DNA of 64,000 bases from Balamuthia mandrillaris. Its lineage: Eukaryota. Both the position numbers and the translations under genes were made by a program. This document shows positions 11,301 to 24,734 of the stretch, in pieces. Each line of letters begins with the position of its first letter. Positions within the stretch are counted from its first letter, which is position 1. The DNA lies in assembly GCA_031835245.2 (NCBI GenBank), contig JAVKOQ020000083.1:1-64000 (forward strand), given 5' to 3'. A model generated the notes under the pieces. The model searched no databases and had not been told where the DNA came from. It was given only the letters and a program-made list of their open reading frames with translations.

Positions 11301-14300
11301 AGCAGCTACTGAGTACATCATTCTATCCCTTTTTACTCCTTAATCCTGGTATTTTAACATAGCTTACCTTGCACCGCTAGATCATCAGATGAGTTAACAA
11401 GACGCAAGGCCGCCTCATGCCTAGTATCGGTCTTTGTCGAGAAGTTTTGTAGTGCACCTTTCAAGCACACCTTGCATTGCTACCACACTCTTCTCAAGCT
11501 ATGCTCTCATTCCAGTCCATACGTCAGAGCCGTGGTTTTGTCTTGCCTTCTTCACCTTCGTGCTGATAGTCGCTATTTTATCCAGCTAGGCTCGTACGCG
11601 TCCAACGATGAGGTTAGTTAGTCTTTAAGCCACTCGCCTTTGTAAACAGAATAGTTTTTTATGCCTCCCAAGTTCCATTCAGGCGAAGGCACAGCAACCG
11701 TAAACACGAGTGCCTTTTTAACCTGCAAAAGAAAACAATCCAACGACACTTATTCGCTGCGTTATTCCTCCTCAACTGTTGAAAACACTGGCTCTCTGCC
11801 TGCAACACATATGCGGGTTGGCTATATACCCATTTCTAAGCTTCTTGATGTGTTGAACAGTTGCATACAAACCGAGCAAGTATACGAGGTAAAGCTTGTC
11901 TTTTTTTTTAAACCCCATACATAAAGCCGTCGGGAGACTCACATTGCTTGCCAGATTTTTGTAATGATTCTATCTGGCTTGGAAGAAATGTTGCACAGCT
12001 TTTACATTATGTACTCGGTTGACACTAATGCTCTTGCCCAGACCCTATGTTCTCTATTAAAATCAAAAACTTTGGGCTTTTGTGTGGTCTCTGAGGTAAG
12101 TTGTGATTATGATGTACGCAACTGTTTTGAAGTAAGTTTAACACTTTTGTTCTAACACTCGTTCCTACTCTGAATGTCCCAGATTTCACAGTCCCAAAAT
12201 CTTGCGATTATAGAGTTAGGTTACGCTGTTCTCATGGCTCTTATTGCCTATGAGCCTACAAAAGATTCTACTCGCTTGCAAGAAGAAATGATTACCTGTT
12301 TCTGCGATGGGGCTACTGGTGTATGGCCTAGCATTAGCATTCAAACTATTTGTCTGAACGCGTTAACAGTGTGCTTAGCTGAATTGACGGAGGCAGCTGT
12401 TAATCAGCTGCGGCGGATCGTCCAATCGCTGCACGAGGTAAGGAAACCTTTTGGTATGACTACATGTTTATTGGAAACTCAACCTTATTAACCTTTTGTT
12501 TTCAAAGGCGTCTTTCAAAAAAGACCTGGCTATTGCCGTGTTAGAGCAATTAAAGATGATGCTTGCTATTCCAGCGGTCTCTTTAGCGTTTTCAGAACAG
12601 GATTATCAGCTTATGTTTTTAATACTGAAGAACTTGAGCGATAGGAAAAAGGTACGGGCACGCTTGTAGCAGAAAGACAGAAGAAGAAAAATAATAACAA
12701 GTAACAACGTTATGGAAGGACGAGAAAAACAGAAACTAATTTTTGCTTTCGTCGTTGTTGGTTATACTAGTTTTCGCCTCACATATCAATGCTAGCATAT
12801 CATGTGTGGGCGCTGTGGTTTGCCTCGCTACCAAGCTATTTATGCATGCATTATTACCGATTGAGCGCCAACTGCCTACTGGAGCGGATCCAGAGGTCTG
12901 CAGGTTCTGACCAGAATGACTCGACCGTTCTGATTGCTATGGCTGCCATGGACTTGGTATGATTCTCGGATTCCTTTTTTTAAAAAACAATTCATACTGA
13001 CAGTCATGAAAGTTTGCCCAGTGTGTATTTTTAAATTGCGAGTCAATCTCACCCCACCCAAATGAGAGTTTTATCTTCCAAAACGCGGAAGCCACTACAT
13101 GGTTACAGGGTAGGCTTGCTTTATTATCATTTGCTCGAATTAGCGTGAAATCACGAACAAGTTTTTTCGTCAAATGCACCACATAGGGAATTGCTTGATA
13201 ACGATGCGGAAGGGAAGGATGAACTGGCTTGAAATCACTGTAAGGCGAGTCTCTGGATGTATGAAATGGGTTATGCAGTTGCAAAATGAGATCCATGACA
13301 CCGCTGAGTAAGTGCTCAATTTCTATTTTCTTCTTTTGGTCATTCATCTGAAACAATATCAGTCTTATAACAGAACATGCCCCGTTTTCCTACCTTCCGC
13401 CTCCCAAATGCATTATCCATGATGACGATGACTCGCACCAACGTAGGATTGAGCAACGGCTGCCTCCTAAAAAGCGCACGATTAGTTCTGTTGCACGGAG
13501 AAATGACAAACGCAAGCACCTTGCCAACCATCCGCTTGCGGAATCTTCTACAGAGCCTTGTGCCAGTTCCCAAGCCTCTTCATCATTAGAGGACTCCTCA
13601 AATTCTTTCCTATCTTCCTCAGAACCCACAAGTGTTGGCTCCTTTTCAGAGTACTCGCCATCATCTTCTTCACCCCTTTCTCCTCGACTGCCCATCTCTT
13701 TACGGCAAATAGCGCTCCCGAGACCTCAGGACTCGATCGGGTTCGAAATTGTCAAAGAGAAAATCAAGCAGCGACGACAACAAATGAGTCTAGTTACGGC
13801 AGCCGAACAAAGATCCCTTACAAGAGAGGATGGTGCTGTTGAAGAAACCAAAGCTACCGGAGCTGGCGCTACCGAAGTACAAGCGTGTTCTGGCGTTACC
13901 GTAGAACCGCAGCATGGTATCATTGATGCTCAGCCAGGCGACATAAACGAATTGGATACTGAATCTAATTCCACGGTGCAACCTCTGCATTTTCCACTTC
14001 CCAGCAGCACTGATGGCCAAGTGGTGGGAGGGCTGGCAGTAGAACGAGAAGAGCAGGAGATTGGAGTTTCCATTTCACCTTGGGAAGTAGAACGAGAGGA
14101 GATATTTCCTGCCTCTTTTGAAGAGCACTTGGACAACGAAGGAGTCACAGAATTCCCGCTCTCTTTTTACAGTTCATCTGAGCCTCCTCACATAGGCCGA
14201 GCTTCCAGCGTCAAGCCACCCACCAACACAGCAAGAAGGGCACAGTCAGTAGGAACCACCTTTCAATTCCATTCTCCTAAGTTTTACATCGACTCTTCTG

Positions 14301-16392
14301 CTTTTCCTTTTTCAGAGCCTACAATGCCCACCACAACCTCGCCTGAAACAACTGCCTCTTTGGCTTCGTCCTCTTCCTCTTTGCTACCGCTTCCTCCAAG
14401 TAAGACTGTAGAAGGAAGCCCTGGCAACCGAGACCATTCTGAGAAGGAAACTTTACCCCTCGTAGAGAAAACTGAGGACGATGCCACTCTTTCCTACCCT
14501 CTCTCTATCTTTTATGCGCCTCTGCCCAGCTACGATGGAAGAAGAACAGAGGAGAGTTCTCCAGCCTTTTTTTCCTCTTATTCTGGCCCTTCTTCTCCCG
14601 ACTCTACCATTCCTGTTAACGACAGTGATTCACAACCGTCTGATAGCTTGCTTCGTGAACACGTAGGTTAGTTATTGTGGTGTTAATTTTTTGTTCTGCT
14701 TTAGGGACTCTTCTTATGTCCCAATCAATCACGTTAGATATCGCCCATCACAAACTCAAACTCGAAGGGGAAATGTTACTGCACTCATGTTCAGAGCTCT
14801 TGCATTCTCCCTCTACCGAACCAGCTTTGTGCATCACCTCTGACCCCTTGTCCCTGCTTCCTCGGAGCACTTCACCTGATTCTCTGGGCGGTTTTGCGAG
14901 TCATGCCTTGTCTATATCTCCGCCTGTGCATAGCAGTCTACTTCATTTGGAGCACCAGCCAACAACAATGGCTACTCCTCACACAGGGAAAGAGCCTTAT
15001 CAAGCGACCACTGCGAAGGAGGCTAAACGCCATACCTCCAAACGAAAAAAGGACAAGATAAAGAAGAAAAGACGGCAACACAGTACTGCCATGATACTGA
15101 AGAATACAAAGGCCTCGTCGTCTCGTCTTCAAAGCCCAACGGGTACGATGGAAGACTTTGCAACGAGTCTAGAGTTGGATATGTTTACACCTCCCCCAAC
15201 GATTGATATCAAACAGCCTGGTAGCGATGGCACCTCGGCCGATTCTCAGGAGGTAGCAACAAAACGTGACGCATTTGAGCCTGCTGCTGATACTAATGAA
15301 CAAGTGGCAGAGGGGTCTACATCAATGCTAAGGGACTCCATAACCATATCAGCACCTCAATATGTTCTTGCAAATGACATCACCCACTTTGATGCACATC
15401 CTAGCTTTGTATTTTCTCAACTCCGCAATATTCCTTTCATGAATTGTGCACCTACAGGTATGCTATTGCTCTGCTCTGCTTATCAAATTCGTTTTCAACT
15501 AACATAAGTTATTAAAATTTGCAATCATAAAGCACTTTCCAATGGCGAAAGTCTACAGCGAGCATTGCTGGTCTTTGATAAAACGCCCTATGTACAGACA
15601 GTTAAGATTGGAGTTGTTTATGTTGGACATGGGCAAACCACTGAAGACGAGATCTTGGGTAATACTCATGGTAGCCCGCGATACTCAAAGGCAAGCCTTT
15701 TCAATCCATTGGCTTGATCTCCATAAACTAATCTAGGCGTTAATCTCCGTAGTTTTTGAAACGCTTAGGCTCCACAAAGCGGCTGAAAAATACAACATTT
15801 TATAGCGGTGGTTTGGATACTAGAAATGACACGGATGGCGAATATAGCCTCACGTGGAGCAACAAAGTGACTCAAGTTATGTTTCACGTGGCTACCCTAA
15901 TTCCAAACAGGCCCAGTCTTTACCCTCATTTCGAAAACAAAAAAAGACACATTGGCAACGACAATGTTCACATTATCTTCAATGATTCGGGGGAAAGTTA
16001 TCAGCATGACACCATCAAGGTAAAATTTTATATTTTCTCATTTGCCGTGTTTTATTGTATTGTATTTCTAAGTTATTTTTTCAAATTATTATTCATATTT
16101 AAAATGGCGGAAACCACAGGGCCAATTCAACTTTGTGCATATTATTTTATCACCATTATCTAACGGAATGTTCCGAGTGGAAGTCAAGAAAAAAAAGGAG
16201 GTCCCAAGTTTTGGACCATTGCAACGGATACAATTGGTGTCAGAAAGTGCGTTGGTGCCACTTGTGCACTTGCTTGCGCAAAGTGCCAATTTCGGTGTCA
16301 CAAGGCTTCACGATCCAGACATGGCACACACCTCAAATTTAGAGGAACGGCTGCGCCAAATCAAGCGCATCAATGAACGCTTCAAAGAATAA
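8352..16392 (+). CDS. TSC2: Tuberin (TSC2) homologue, multi-exon: helical N-terminal region, low-complexity linker, C-terminal Rap/Ran-GAP domain
   Basis: GAP motifs KIGVVYVGHGQTTEDEILGNTHGSPRYSKFL, YSGGLD, QVMFHVATLIP, NKKRHIGNDNVHIIFNDSG and TIKGQFNFVHIIL. Tuberin-like N-terminal segments such as NLLRGAVFFLGMACWG and DIVAYEVALSIRRLV. Confidence 0.92.
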
Positions 16393-16531
16393 AAAACATC
16401 ATTTATTCTGCAATTCTTGACAAAATACAAGTTACAGAGGAGAAAGGAAGGCACACAAGAGGCCAGCTCGCGTACGTGATCGTTTGTAACTGCGCTTATT
16501 CCAGTTGCTGAGGTTTCGTTGTCCTAAAATC

Positions 16532-18415
16532 TTATGATCTTTGCGCCGCCTTACTGCCTAACCGTTGGCTTAGAGATGCTGACAGTCCATTCCCAAATTG
16601 GCCTATTTTTGTTTACTGGTTAGATTGCTGTAGGCCTCTCTTTTAGAAGTTTAACTCACCAGAAGGCTTGGCTTGCTGGCCAATGAAATCACTCCGCATC
16701 CTCGACTCTGAAAAAACAGAAGTAGCCGGGTTGGTGCTTCTGGGCAAAGATGGACGTGCATTCTGGAGAGGCTTGTCCTCCACAACACGCCTTTTCTTGC
16801 CAGGTTTGTGGCTTGCACCATCCGCTTGGCCATCATGAGCACTACCAGCGCCACTCTTTGATGATTTATCAGCTTGTGTCTTGTGGATGGGTTGAGATGC
16901 CTTCCTGCTGCTGCTTGTAACTTGTTTATTGTCATCCGAGCCACTAAGTTTGTGGCGAGAAGTGGAAGGAGAGTGTCTAGTGTTGAGTGCAGCCGGCTGC
17001 CTGTCACTCCGCTCTTTAGGGTTAGTGCTGCGTTCTTCGTTATTTTCTTTTTTTGTTGAGGTACGACGGTTTAACTTTGGTGTATCACCCTCCACTCCTC
17101 TTTTGGTGGCTGTGGGCAGGTTCTTCGACTCCTTCACCCTGGTACCCTTCGATTGTTGAGCGACAGCTGGAATATCCTTTTCTCGCTTCTTATCCCGATG
17201 GTCTCTTGTTTGTACTGGCGAGGTTGGCCGTTGTTTTTCCGAAGTACGAGACCGTTTAGAGGGTCGTTGGTCTTCTGTGTGCTTAGCGGAAACGTGTGCG
17301 TGCGGGCTGTTAGAGCGTGGATCGCCAGATCTACGCTTCTTGTTTTCTTTCGCCGCCTCTCCATTAGTAGGGGTTTGTCTTTCTTTTCTTGTTTTGCTTT
17401 CTTCCCTTGCTTGATGCTTGGTATCGCTTGGCCGTTTTTCTCTCATCACATCATGCTGTGTCTCTCTCTTAACCTTTCGCTCTGCGCTCAACCTTGATAT
17501 TGCTTTTGTGTCACTCGTCTGTGGCCGTTCTTCTTTTAAATGCACTCGACTATCCTTGTCGCGTTCCGACCGTTGTTTCATGACCGTTTGGTCCGGCTTG
17601 CTATGCTTATGTCTTTCTTCTTTGCTTTTGGGACGGCTCTCTCGCTCCCTTTCGTCAAACGCCTTATCTCTTTTCCTTTTCTCTCCTTCGCCATGTGTGG
17701 TGCTGTCTGCACGATCTCTCTGCAGCCGTTTGTCTTTTTCTTGGTGGTCTCGTTTATCTTCTGCTTTTTCTGTAATACGCCGCTTTTGGCTCCGACTTCT
17801 GCTCCGACTTCGCGGACTGCGACTTCGTTTCGTAGTGGAATGCTCTCTATGAGAAGGGCTATATCGCTCTCTTGACCTATCCCTCCTTTCTCTGGAGGTA
17901 CGGCGAGGGCTTTGGTGTCTAGAGCGATGCTCCTTTGGTGAAGGGCTACGCAGTCGTGAGTGGCGGCGAGCTGGTGAGCGGCTTCTTGCTTTGCCAGTGC
18001 TATCAGCTTCGCGTCCTCTCCGCCACTCCAGATCTGCCTCATCACGAGAATCTGATCGCTCTCTCGTGCGTGAGTATCTGCCTTCCTAAAAGCATTGGTC
18101 GTTATAGCCCAACAAGTTAGTTTCATGTATCACTGATGACAGCGGACCGAGCCACTTACATGTTCGTAGTTGCTGGGCGAGGAAGCGGGGCAAGCCCTGG
18201 CCACATGTCCAGGATGTCCACATTTATAACAAAGTCTGTCTCCCTGTTTCAAAACGTGAAAGGTCAGTGCTCGTGATGCGTCCCAAGATTAGTCCAAAGT
18301 TTTGAGAAACAGTACCCTTGCAGCTTGCATGTAGGGAACTTCCGCAGAATAGTGCCCATGGCCCGCTTCTTCTGCAAAATGGAACGCAGTAATCAGTAGG
18401 TGACCAAGTAAAAAG

Positions 18416-18454
<39 letters not shown>

Positions 18455-20965
18455 ACTAACCGAAAGGAGAGTATCCCGGGATGCCTGGTGGCCCGTATGG
18501 ACCTTGGTGCATCGGATAATGGCTGCCTGTAGGACCAATGTGTGGGTGGTGATGGTGGTGGTGATGGTGATGCGGATGGTATGGATGATGAGGAGGGTAG
18601 TGTGATATGTGGATGGGAGGGCCATGTGGATACGGCATGTGAATAGGAGGGCCATTGCCATGCATATGGTCTGGACGGTAGTGTTCAGGCATGCCGCGGC
18701 CAGGGCCTCTTGCATAATCCTCTGTTTGCCGCTTCTCACCATCGTGATGATGGTGATCTGAAGGGACCTCTGATTCATCTTCTTTGGTACCGCTCATCAT
18801 GTTCTCAGGTACCTCTGCACTGGTCTGAGCGTGGACCGGTGGGGAGGTTGGCTTAAAGTGTGTATCTTCATGGTTATGATCAATAGGAGTACCACTTGTG
18901 ACGGCTGCAACTTCTACAATGGCAAGACGTAATATAAGTATGTTGATTAGTTATGCTGTGATCAATGTTGGATAAAAATAGAAGAGAAGGAAAAATTGAT
19001 GCATGTAAATGAAGGCTGTGTGCATGTGTGGTCCCTCCACCATTCAAATCCGACCATCATCAGCAGCACATTCATAGTCCAAAGCAAGAGATTGAAATGA
19101 CAGCATCAAATCGGAGGAAGAAGATACAACAAATCAATAGTAACAACACAAAAACAGCACGTATAATAACACAAAACACAAAATAGGAGCAAACAAAGAC
19201 GAAGACAAACACCAAAAAACAGAACAAAACAAAACAAACAAAAAACAAAAAATACAAATAAATTAAACAAATTAAACAAAAAACAGAAAGACAAAAGGAA
19301 GTCTATTGTATTTGGTGGGCTGAAGGCATAAAATAATGCCTCTCAGCTCTTTTTTCCAGCCAAATACAAGTGCAGAGCGGCTGCACCAACCCACAGTGTT
19401 AACGGGTAGTAGTACTCTACCTGAGGTGTTCGCCGCCAAAGAGGAAGCATCTTCATAAAGCGGCGGTAGTGGTGTTACCATCTCTGTTGGTGGTAGGTGG
19501 TCTTGCGCCATTTGACTCTCCTCATTGTTTGCTTTCATTTCTTCTTCCAATTCCCTTTCTTTAAGCTGTTGTGCTTGGGGTGCTTGCTCAGATGGCAGAA
19601 GAGGTTCAGTGTTTTTCTGGCTACTGATGGTACGCTTGTAGCTATCCACAGCATCTCTCAGCTTCTTATTAGGCACCAAGTTGTCAGGAGACATTCCGGG
19701 GGACTTGCATTGTGGACACAAAAACCCGTTTTGGAGCAGCGTTTGTCGTATGCCTACAAATAGAGCCACTCACAAAGTCAATCAGAGAAAAATAATGAGA
19801 GAAGAAAGAAGTTAGACTAACATTCATCACAAAAACTGTAACCACAGCAAGGGATCAAGACAGCATCCTTCAAAAGGTTTTTGCACATGGTGCACTGTAA
19901 TTCCTCCGGTATTTTATCCTTGGCGTCCAACATGAGTCCTGGCTTTATCATCCTTGTCGCGACCTTTTCGAAAGCCGCTCTGTAATAAACGCATTTTAAA
20001 CAACAACATTACTGCTTAGTCAAAGTCCAAGATAAACGAGGATGGATAGGTGTTTGCTCTTACTCATTTGGTTGCATAACAGCAAAGCCGCCACCTGGCA
20101 TCAGCATTGTGCCCTCTGACTTTTCAGTGACAGGCTTCAGGAAAGCCTTTGGGATACCGATCGGTTGTTTCGCTTTTTTGAAGTCAAAACGGGGATCTCC
20201 GTTGGTTGGACAACGGTTTATATAGTGTCCTGGAACGAAAGAAAAAGCCGTATTAGAAGAAGATGTTCTCTGGAAAACAAGGGCTCACCAAACCTGGTTT
20301 ATTGCAGCGATGACAAACATAAGTTGGCGGTGGAACCCTATCAGGCCCTGCAAAGTTGTTATAACGAGGAGCACGATATGTCTGTGTGGAAGAGGAGGGC
20401 AAATTGCTCTGCCAACCACCACCACCGCTTATCAACGCCTGGAGTCTCTCTTCCTCATCAGCCGGTTGTTGTGTGCTAGAGGCACCGGCGGTGATGCTTG
20501 CTGTCTCTGACTCGGGTGGCCTGCTTCCCACAATGGTCGCAGTATGTTGCACAGAGCTGAAGGGAATAGAGAAAGCAAAGATTATGCTTGGTATTGTTCT
20601 GCACCGCACACAGGTGCTGAAAATGCTACTTACTGTTTTGGGGCAATTGCAGGCCGGTTAAGAGAAGGGATCCGAAGGACTATCACGGAGGTGTTTTTTG
20701 GGATGAGAGTAGCGTCGTCGCGGTAGACTAGATCACAGAAAACACGTGTTAGGATGAGGAGATCGAACCAACACAAAAAAAAATGAGCAATGCTCCTACC
20801 TTCCTTGGTGAGAGCATTTGTGACTTGGAGGTCGTCTGTTTCACTCTTCCCAAGTCTTTTTTGTGCAATGATGGCTTTCTTCAACTCAGCTAAAGAAATG
20901 AAAGACCCTTCAAACGTAACCGTAGAGGGATTTTTGTCACTCTTAAATTTGTAGTGCACGCTCAT
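16532..20965 (-). CDS. RBBP6: RBBP6/Mpe1-like protein (DWNN ubiquitin-like domain, Zn knuckle, RING, second Zn knuckle, RS-rich tail)
   Basis: MSVHYKFKS...LIPKNTSVIVLRIP (DWNN). PPPTYVCHRCNKPGHYINRCP. RING CTMCKNLLKDAVLIPCCGYSFCDECIR...CPQC. CYKCGHPGHVARAC near 18190-18232. RS repeats. Last exon ends at TAA 16532. Confidence 0.93.
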
Positions 20966-21446
20966 TTCCAATACGAAATCAAGTTATGTATTGGGGGAAA
21001 AAAAAGGTGAAAGACTCTAACAAAAAACTAAAATCGAAAAAAAAAGAAGCCTCTTGATCCTCTTCCACAGCACAAACCAAATTGCTTCTCTGGCTGGCAA
21101 TGACAATGGAAAGGGGAGGGAAGTTGCTACAGCGGTCGCCAAGCTAGCAACAACGGCGCGCCAGCGTGCTTCTTTTCTGTGGGGGGGGGGGGGCCTGCTG
21201 CTACTTGTTGCAGTGGTTGCTTGAGGGACCTCTCTCTCTCCCTCCCCTTTTCCTTTCCTTTTCTCTCCGTTCTACTCGCCTGACCCTCAAACATTCGACC
21301 CCTCAGCTCACTTACCACACAAAAACAAATCGAAAGCTAACGCGTCAGTAGCTGCTGCGGGGTAGCGGATAGGGGCTAACCCAAGGTTTCTAACGGCTAC
21401 CGGTGCACCCACCCACACAACCACCCACATACCCACCCTGCCTGCA

Positions 21447-22115
21447 ATGGAAGACAATCGGGCGGACCAACTGGATAACGAGGAGTTGGGAGGGCTTTCC
21501 TCCGCTCAAATGCAGCAGCAACATTTGTTGCAGTCGCAGCAGTTGCAGCAGCAGCAGTTGCAGCAAATACACCAGTTCTGGCAGCAGCAGATGCGTGAGA
21601 TTGAGGACATGTCCTCCTTCAAAGGCAAAAGTGGGCTGCCATTGGCCAGAATCAAGAAAATTATGAAGTTTGATGAGGACGTTAAGGTACAACCCGCACT
21701 TAACTTTACCGCCTCCACTGCTTTGCTTTTACCAAGTAATTCACCCTTTTTGCTTGCTTTTTTTTCCTCTAATGGTGCCGTAGATGATCAGTGCGGAGGC
21801 CCCAGTCCTCTTTGCAAAGGCCTGCGAAATGTTCATCTTGGAGTTGACACTACGGGCCTGGATTCATACTGAGGAAAACAAGCGACGGACCCTCCAGGTA
21901 ACTACTACTTGACCATAAACTCGAAGTGCACATTCACACCATATTGCTAATCAATGTTTGTGTGTGCCAGAGAAATGATTTGGCGATGGCGATCGCACGC
22001 AACGACACCTTTGACTTCTTAATAGACATCGTGCCACGTGAGGACATTAAAGGAAAGCAACAAGGGGTACACATCCACTACCTATCCATCTCTGCAACCT
22101 AGGTTGACGCAGTGG

Positions 22116-22148
<33 letters not shown>

Positions 22149-22704
22149 CTTGCAATAAAAGGAGGAACTAGTACGGCCTGCTGTAATCACTCCAGAACTG
22201 CAACAATACTACTACCAACTAGCTCAGCAGCAAGTACTGGCTCAGCAACAAACTCAACAACAGGTCGATCCGAGCATGCAGCAACTGTTTTACCAGCAAC
22301 AGTCTCTTCGCCTACTGCAGCAAGCCCAGCTGATGCAGCAGTTTGGAATGCAACCACACCTAGCTGGCCACATGGCAGAGCTTGGCCAACTATCAGAGCA
22401 GCAAATGGAGCAAATGGGCCAAATGGACAATCACCAGCATCACCTGGGCAACGAGTTGCATGATCAGCATCAACTTCGAGAGCAAATGGGGGAACACTTG
22501 CAGCAGCAGCAGCACCAACACCACCAAGGCCTGAATGACGAATCACTTGACAACTCACATTCTCAATTAGACGCGAGCAATCATCACCTCGCTGCAGGTA
22601 TGGTTGGAGCAGAGCACCTTGTTCCTCAGCACCATCAACAACATTCCCAACAGCAATCAGAGGTTTCTCGTCACCAGCACCATCAGCCCCATGACAGTTT
22701 ATAG
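21447..22704 (+). CDS. NFYC: Nuclear transcription factor Y subunit C (HAP5/CBF-C), Q/H-rich tails
   Basis: Spliced histone fold [80 protein letters not shown]. Confidence 0.96.
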
Positions 22705-23166
22705 CCTCTCTTTTTCTTCTTCCTCTGCTACTATTCTGTTTTCTCTCTTCGTCTCGAGGCCTGTCTGTACATCAAGCACCTGCCAATCTGCCAAGGAGAC
22801 CAGATGCTCTCTTTCAGCTGTTTAACCATATCCTATTTTTGTGTTTGTACGATTGTTTTCATTTTCTTATTTCCTGTTCTTGCTTTAACAATGTGGCACA
22901 CACCGATCGTTTTTTTACTTTTTGCCCTTGTTTTTTTTTGGCTCTGCTCTTCTGGTCTTGGCGCCGCCTTAGTCTTTCCTGTTGAGCCCGCCACCATAGC
23001 CACCACCATTAGCGGCGTGAGCGCGATCAAATTCGTTATCAATGGTGGCGAGGGAGCATAGCTAGGAGGCGCAGCCGCTAGTATCTCTCCGCTGTGGTTG
23101 TCTGGGCAGCAAGAAGGACGGACTCGGTGCTCCCTGGCCAAAAGGCATAGCCCAACGTTCCTTCCT

Positions 23167-24310
23167 CTATTTTCTATAGATGTTTGGAGAGAAAAAGTTC
23201 TTTAGGAAGGCTTCGTCCCGCAAGCAAGCCAGTGGGGATGATGGCGGCGTCTTGAAGGTGTGTTGGGAAGTAACAGCCTCGGAAGCCGCCCTGTGGTTGG
23301 TGGTTGGTGGCAATGTGAACGTGGCTGAAGCGGTGGAGAAAGAAGACGACGTGGAGACAGAAGAGAAAGAATCAAGTGATGGGGAGGAGGACGAGGTCTT
23401 TCTCGTTGTAGCAGTGCTGGTGGTCATGGACTGAAGTGCTGGCGCTGGAGGAGAGCGGACAGAGTGCAGTCGTGCCTGTTGGACAAGCTGTTTGAGACTG
23501 CTCAGTACATTGCAATGGTACGTCGCAGCATGCGGTGGTGGCGGTAGTTGCTGTGTGCTGTAAATGTTCCTTGCCACGATGTCCATGGGCAGAGAGGTCG
23601 CCAGAGCAGCACGCACTTCCTCCAACGGTACCACACGAAGGAGATGCTCCTCTCCTCCTTCTCTTCTTCTAGCATCTGGAGAAGAAGGTAGGTTGAATTC
23701 AAAGAGGAAGGAACGACCCAAAAAGAAATAGTTGAGACTGCGAGAAAGAAGGTCATCGTATGTGGGAGTGGTGCGTTCCCCTTGCGCCCACTGGTGCGTC
23801 TGCTTCTGCGCCAAAGAAAAGGAAAGGAAGGAGCCATACTCCTGGAATTGAGCAGCAGAGCCACCAAAGAGTTTATCTAGCTTGTATCCCCATAGTACCA
23901 CTTTTTTTCAGCCATTCAAAAACAATAATTGACAAAAAAAAGGGGGTTAGAGAAGTGAAGGACACTTCTTGTGGTGGACAACGAGGGGAGGAGAAGGATG
24001 CACCTGGAGCGATGGTGCCAGCCTGGTCAGTCACCTTCAATTTAAGGCGATACTGGTAATGAGGCTTGTCGAAGGACAGCCGACAACTGCCGCATTGAAA
24101 GGACGGGGCAGCAGCAGCCCCTGTGGACGGTGCAGCAGGCCGTTGTGAGGGGTGGCCACCGTCACGAGGGAGAGGCGCAGAAGAAGGGAAGGAGCTCTGC
24201 GGCTGACGAAAGTGCACCTCCACTTTGCGCTTGCATGCGGAGCAGCAAGGGTAGACTATGGCCTTGTCCACGTGCAGCACCACCGCCTGCGCCACTACCA
24301 CCACCACCAT
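23167..24310 (-). CDS. Zn-finger OB-fold protein, DDIAS/noxin-like (RPA1-C-type fold); start and end uncertain
   Basis: IVYPCCSACKRKV...FQCGSC...YQYRLKLKVTDQAG...VLWGYKLDKLFGGSAAQF at the extreme N-terminus, followed by an S/T/P-rich disordered tail. This is the DDIAS architecture rather than multi-OB RPA1. Confidence 0.65.
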
Positions 24311-24734
24311 CCCCCCCCCTGCCCCCCCTGCCTCTACCACAAGGCCTTGGGTGCTGTGGTTTAGGTTTTGGCGGGAAGATAGTGCAGCCCGCGATTACTT
24401 GTCGACCCATACGATTCCCTAATAGGTTGGCCGCTAGAACTGCACATACGTGGATAAATAAATAATATTAGAAAAGTAAAAAGAAAAAAACAGATCAACG
24501 AAAAAAAGGAGAGGAGGAAGCAGAGGAGCAGAGGAGGAGGAGGAGGAGGAGGAAGGAGAGAACAAGGGGTGCCCCCCAACAACTGCCGGCAAGTGGGCTT
24601 TTTTTTTTTCAAAAAAACTTTCCCGCTTTTGCTACTTGCCGCTGCTAATCTGGCCAACGCCAACATCACGCGTTTGTCGTGAGCACTGCCCACTCTAGTT
24701 CAACGGCGCCAAAGAAGGAGCTACAATAGAAGCA

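Noticed and set aside
19321..19350. GCTGAGA motif suggesting a TPP riboswitch in the RBBP6 intron
   Set aside because: The remaining TPP core (CCTGA...TAAT...GCG.AGG) is missing, and the host is not a thiamine gene.
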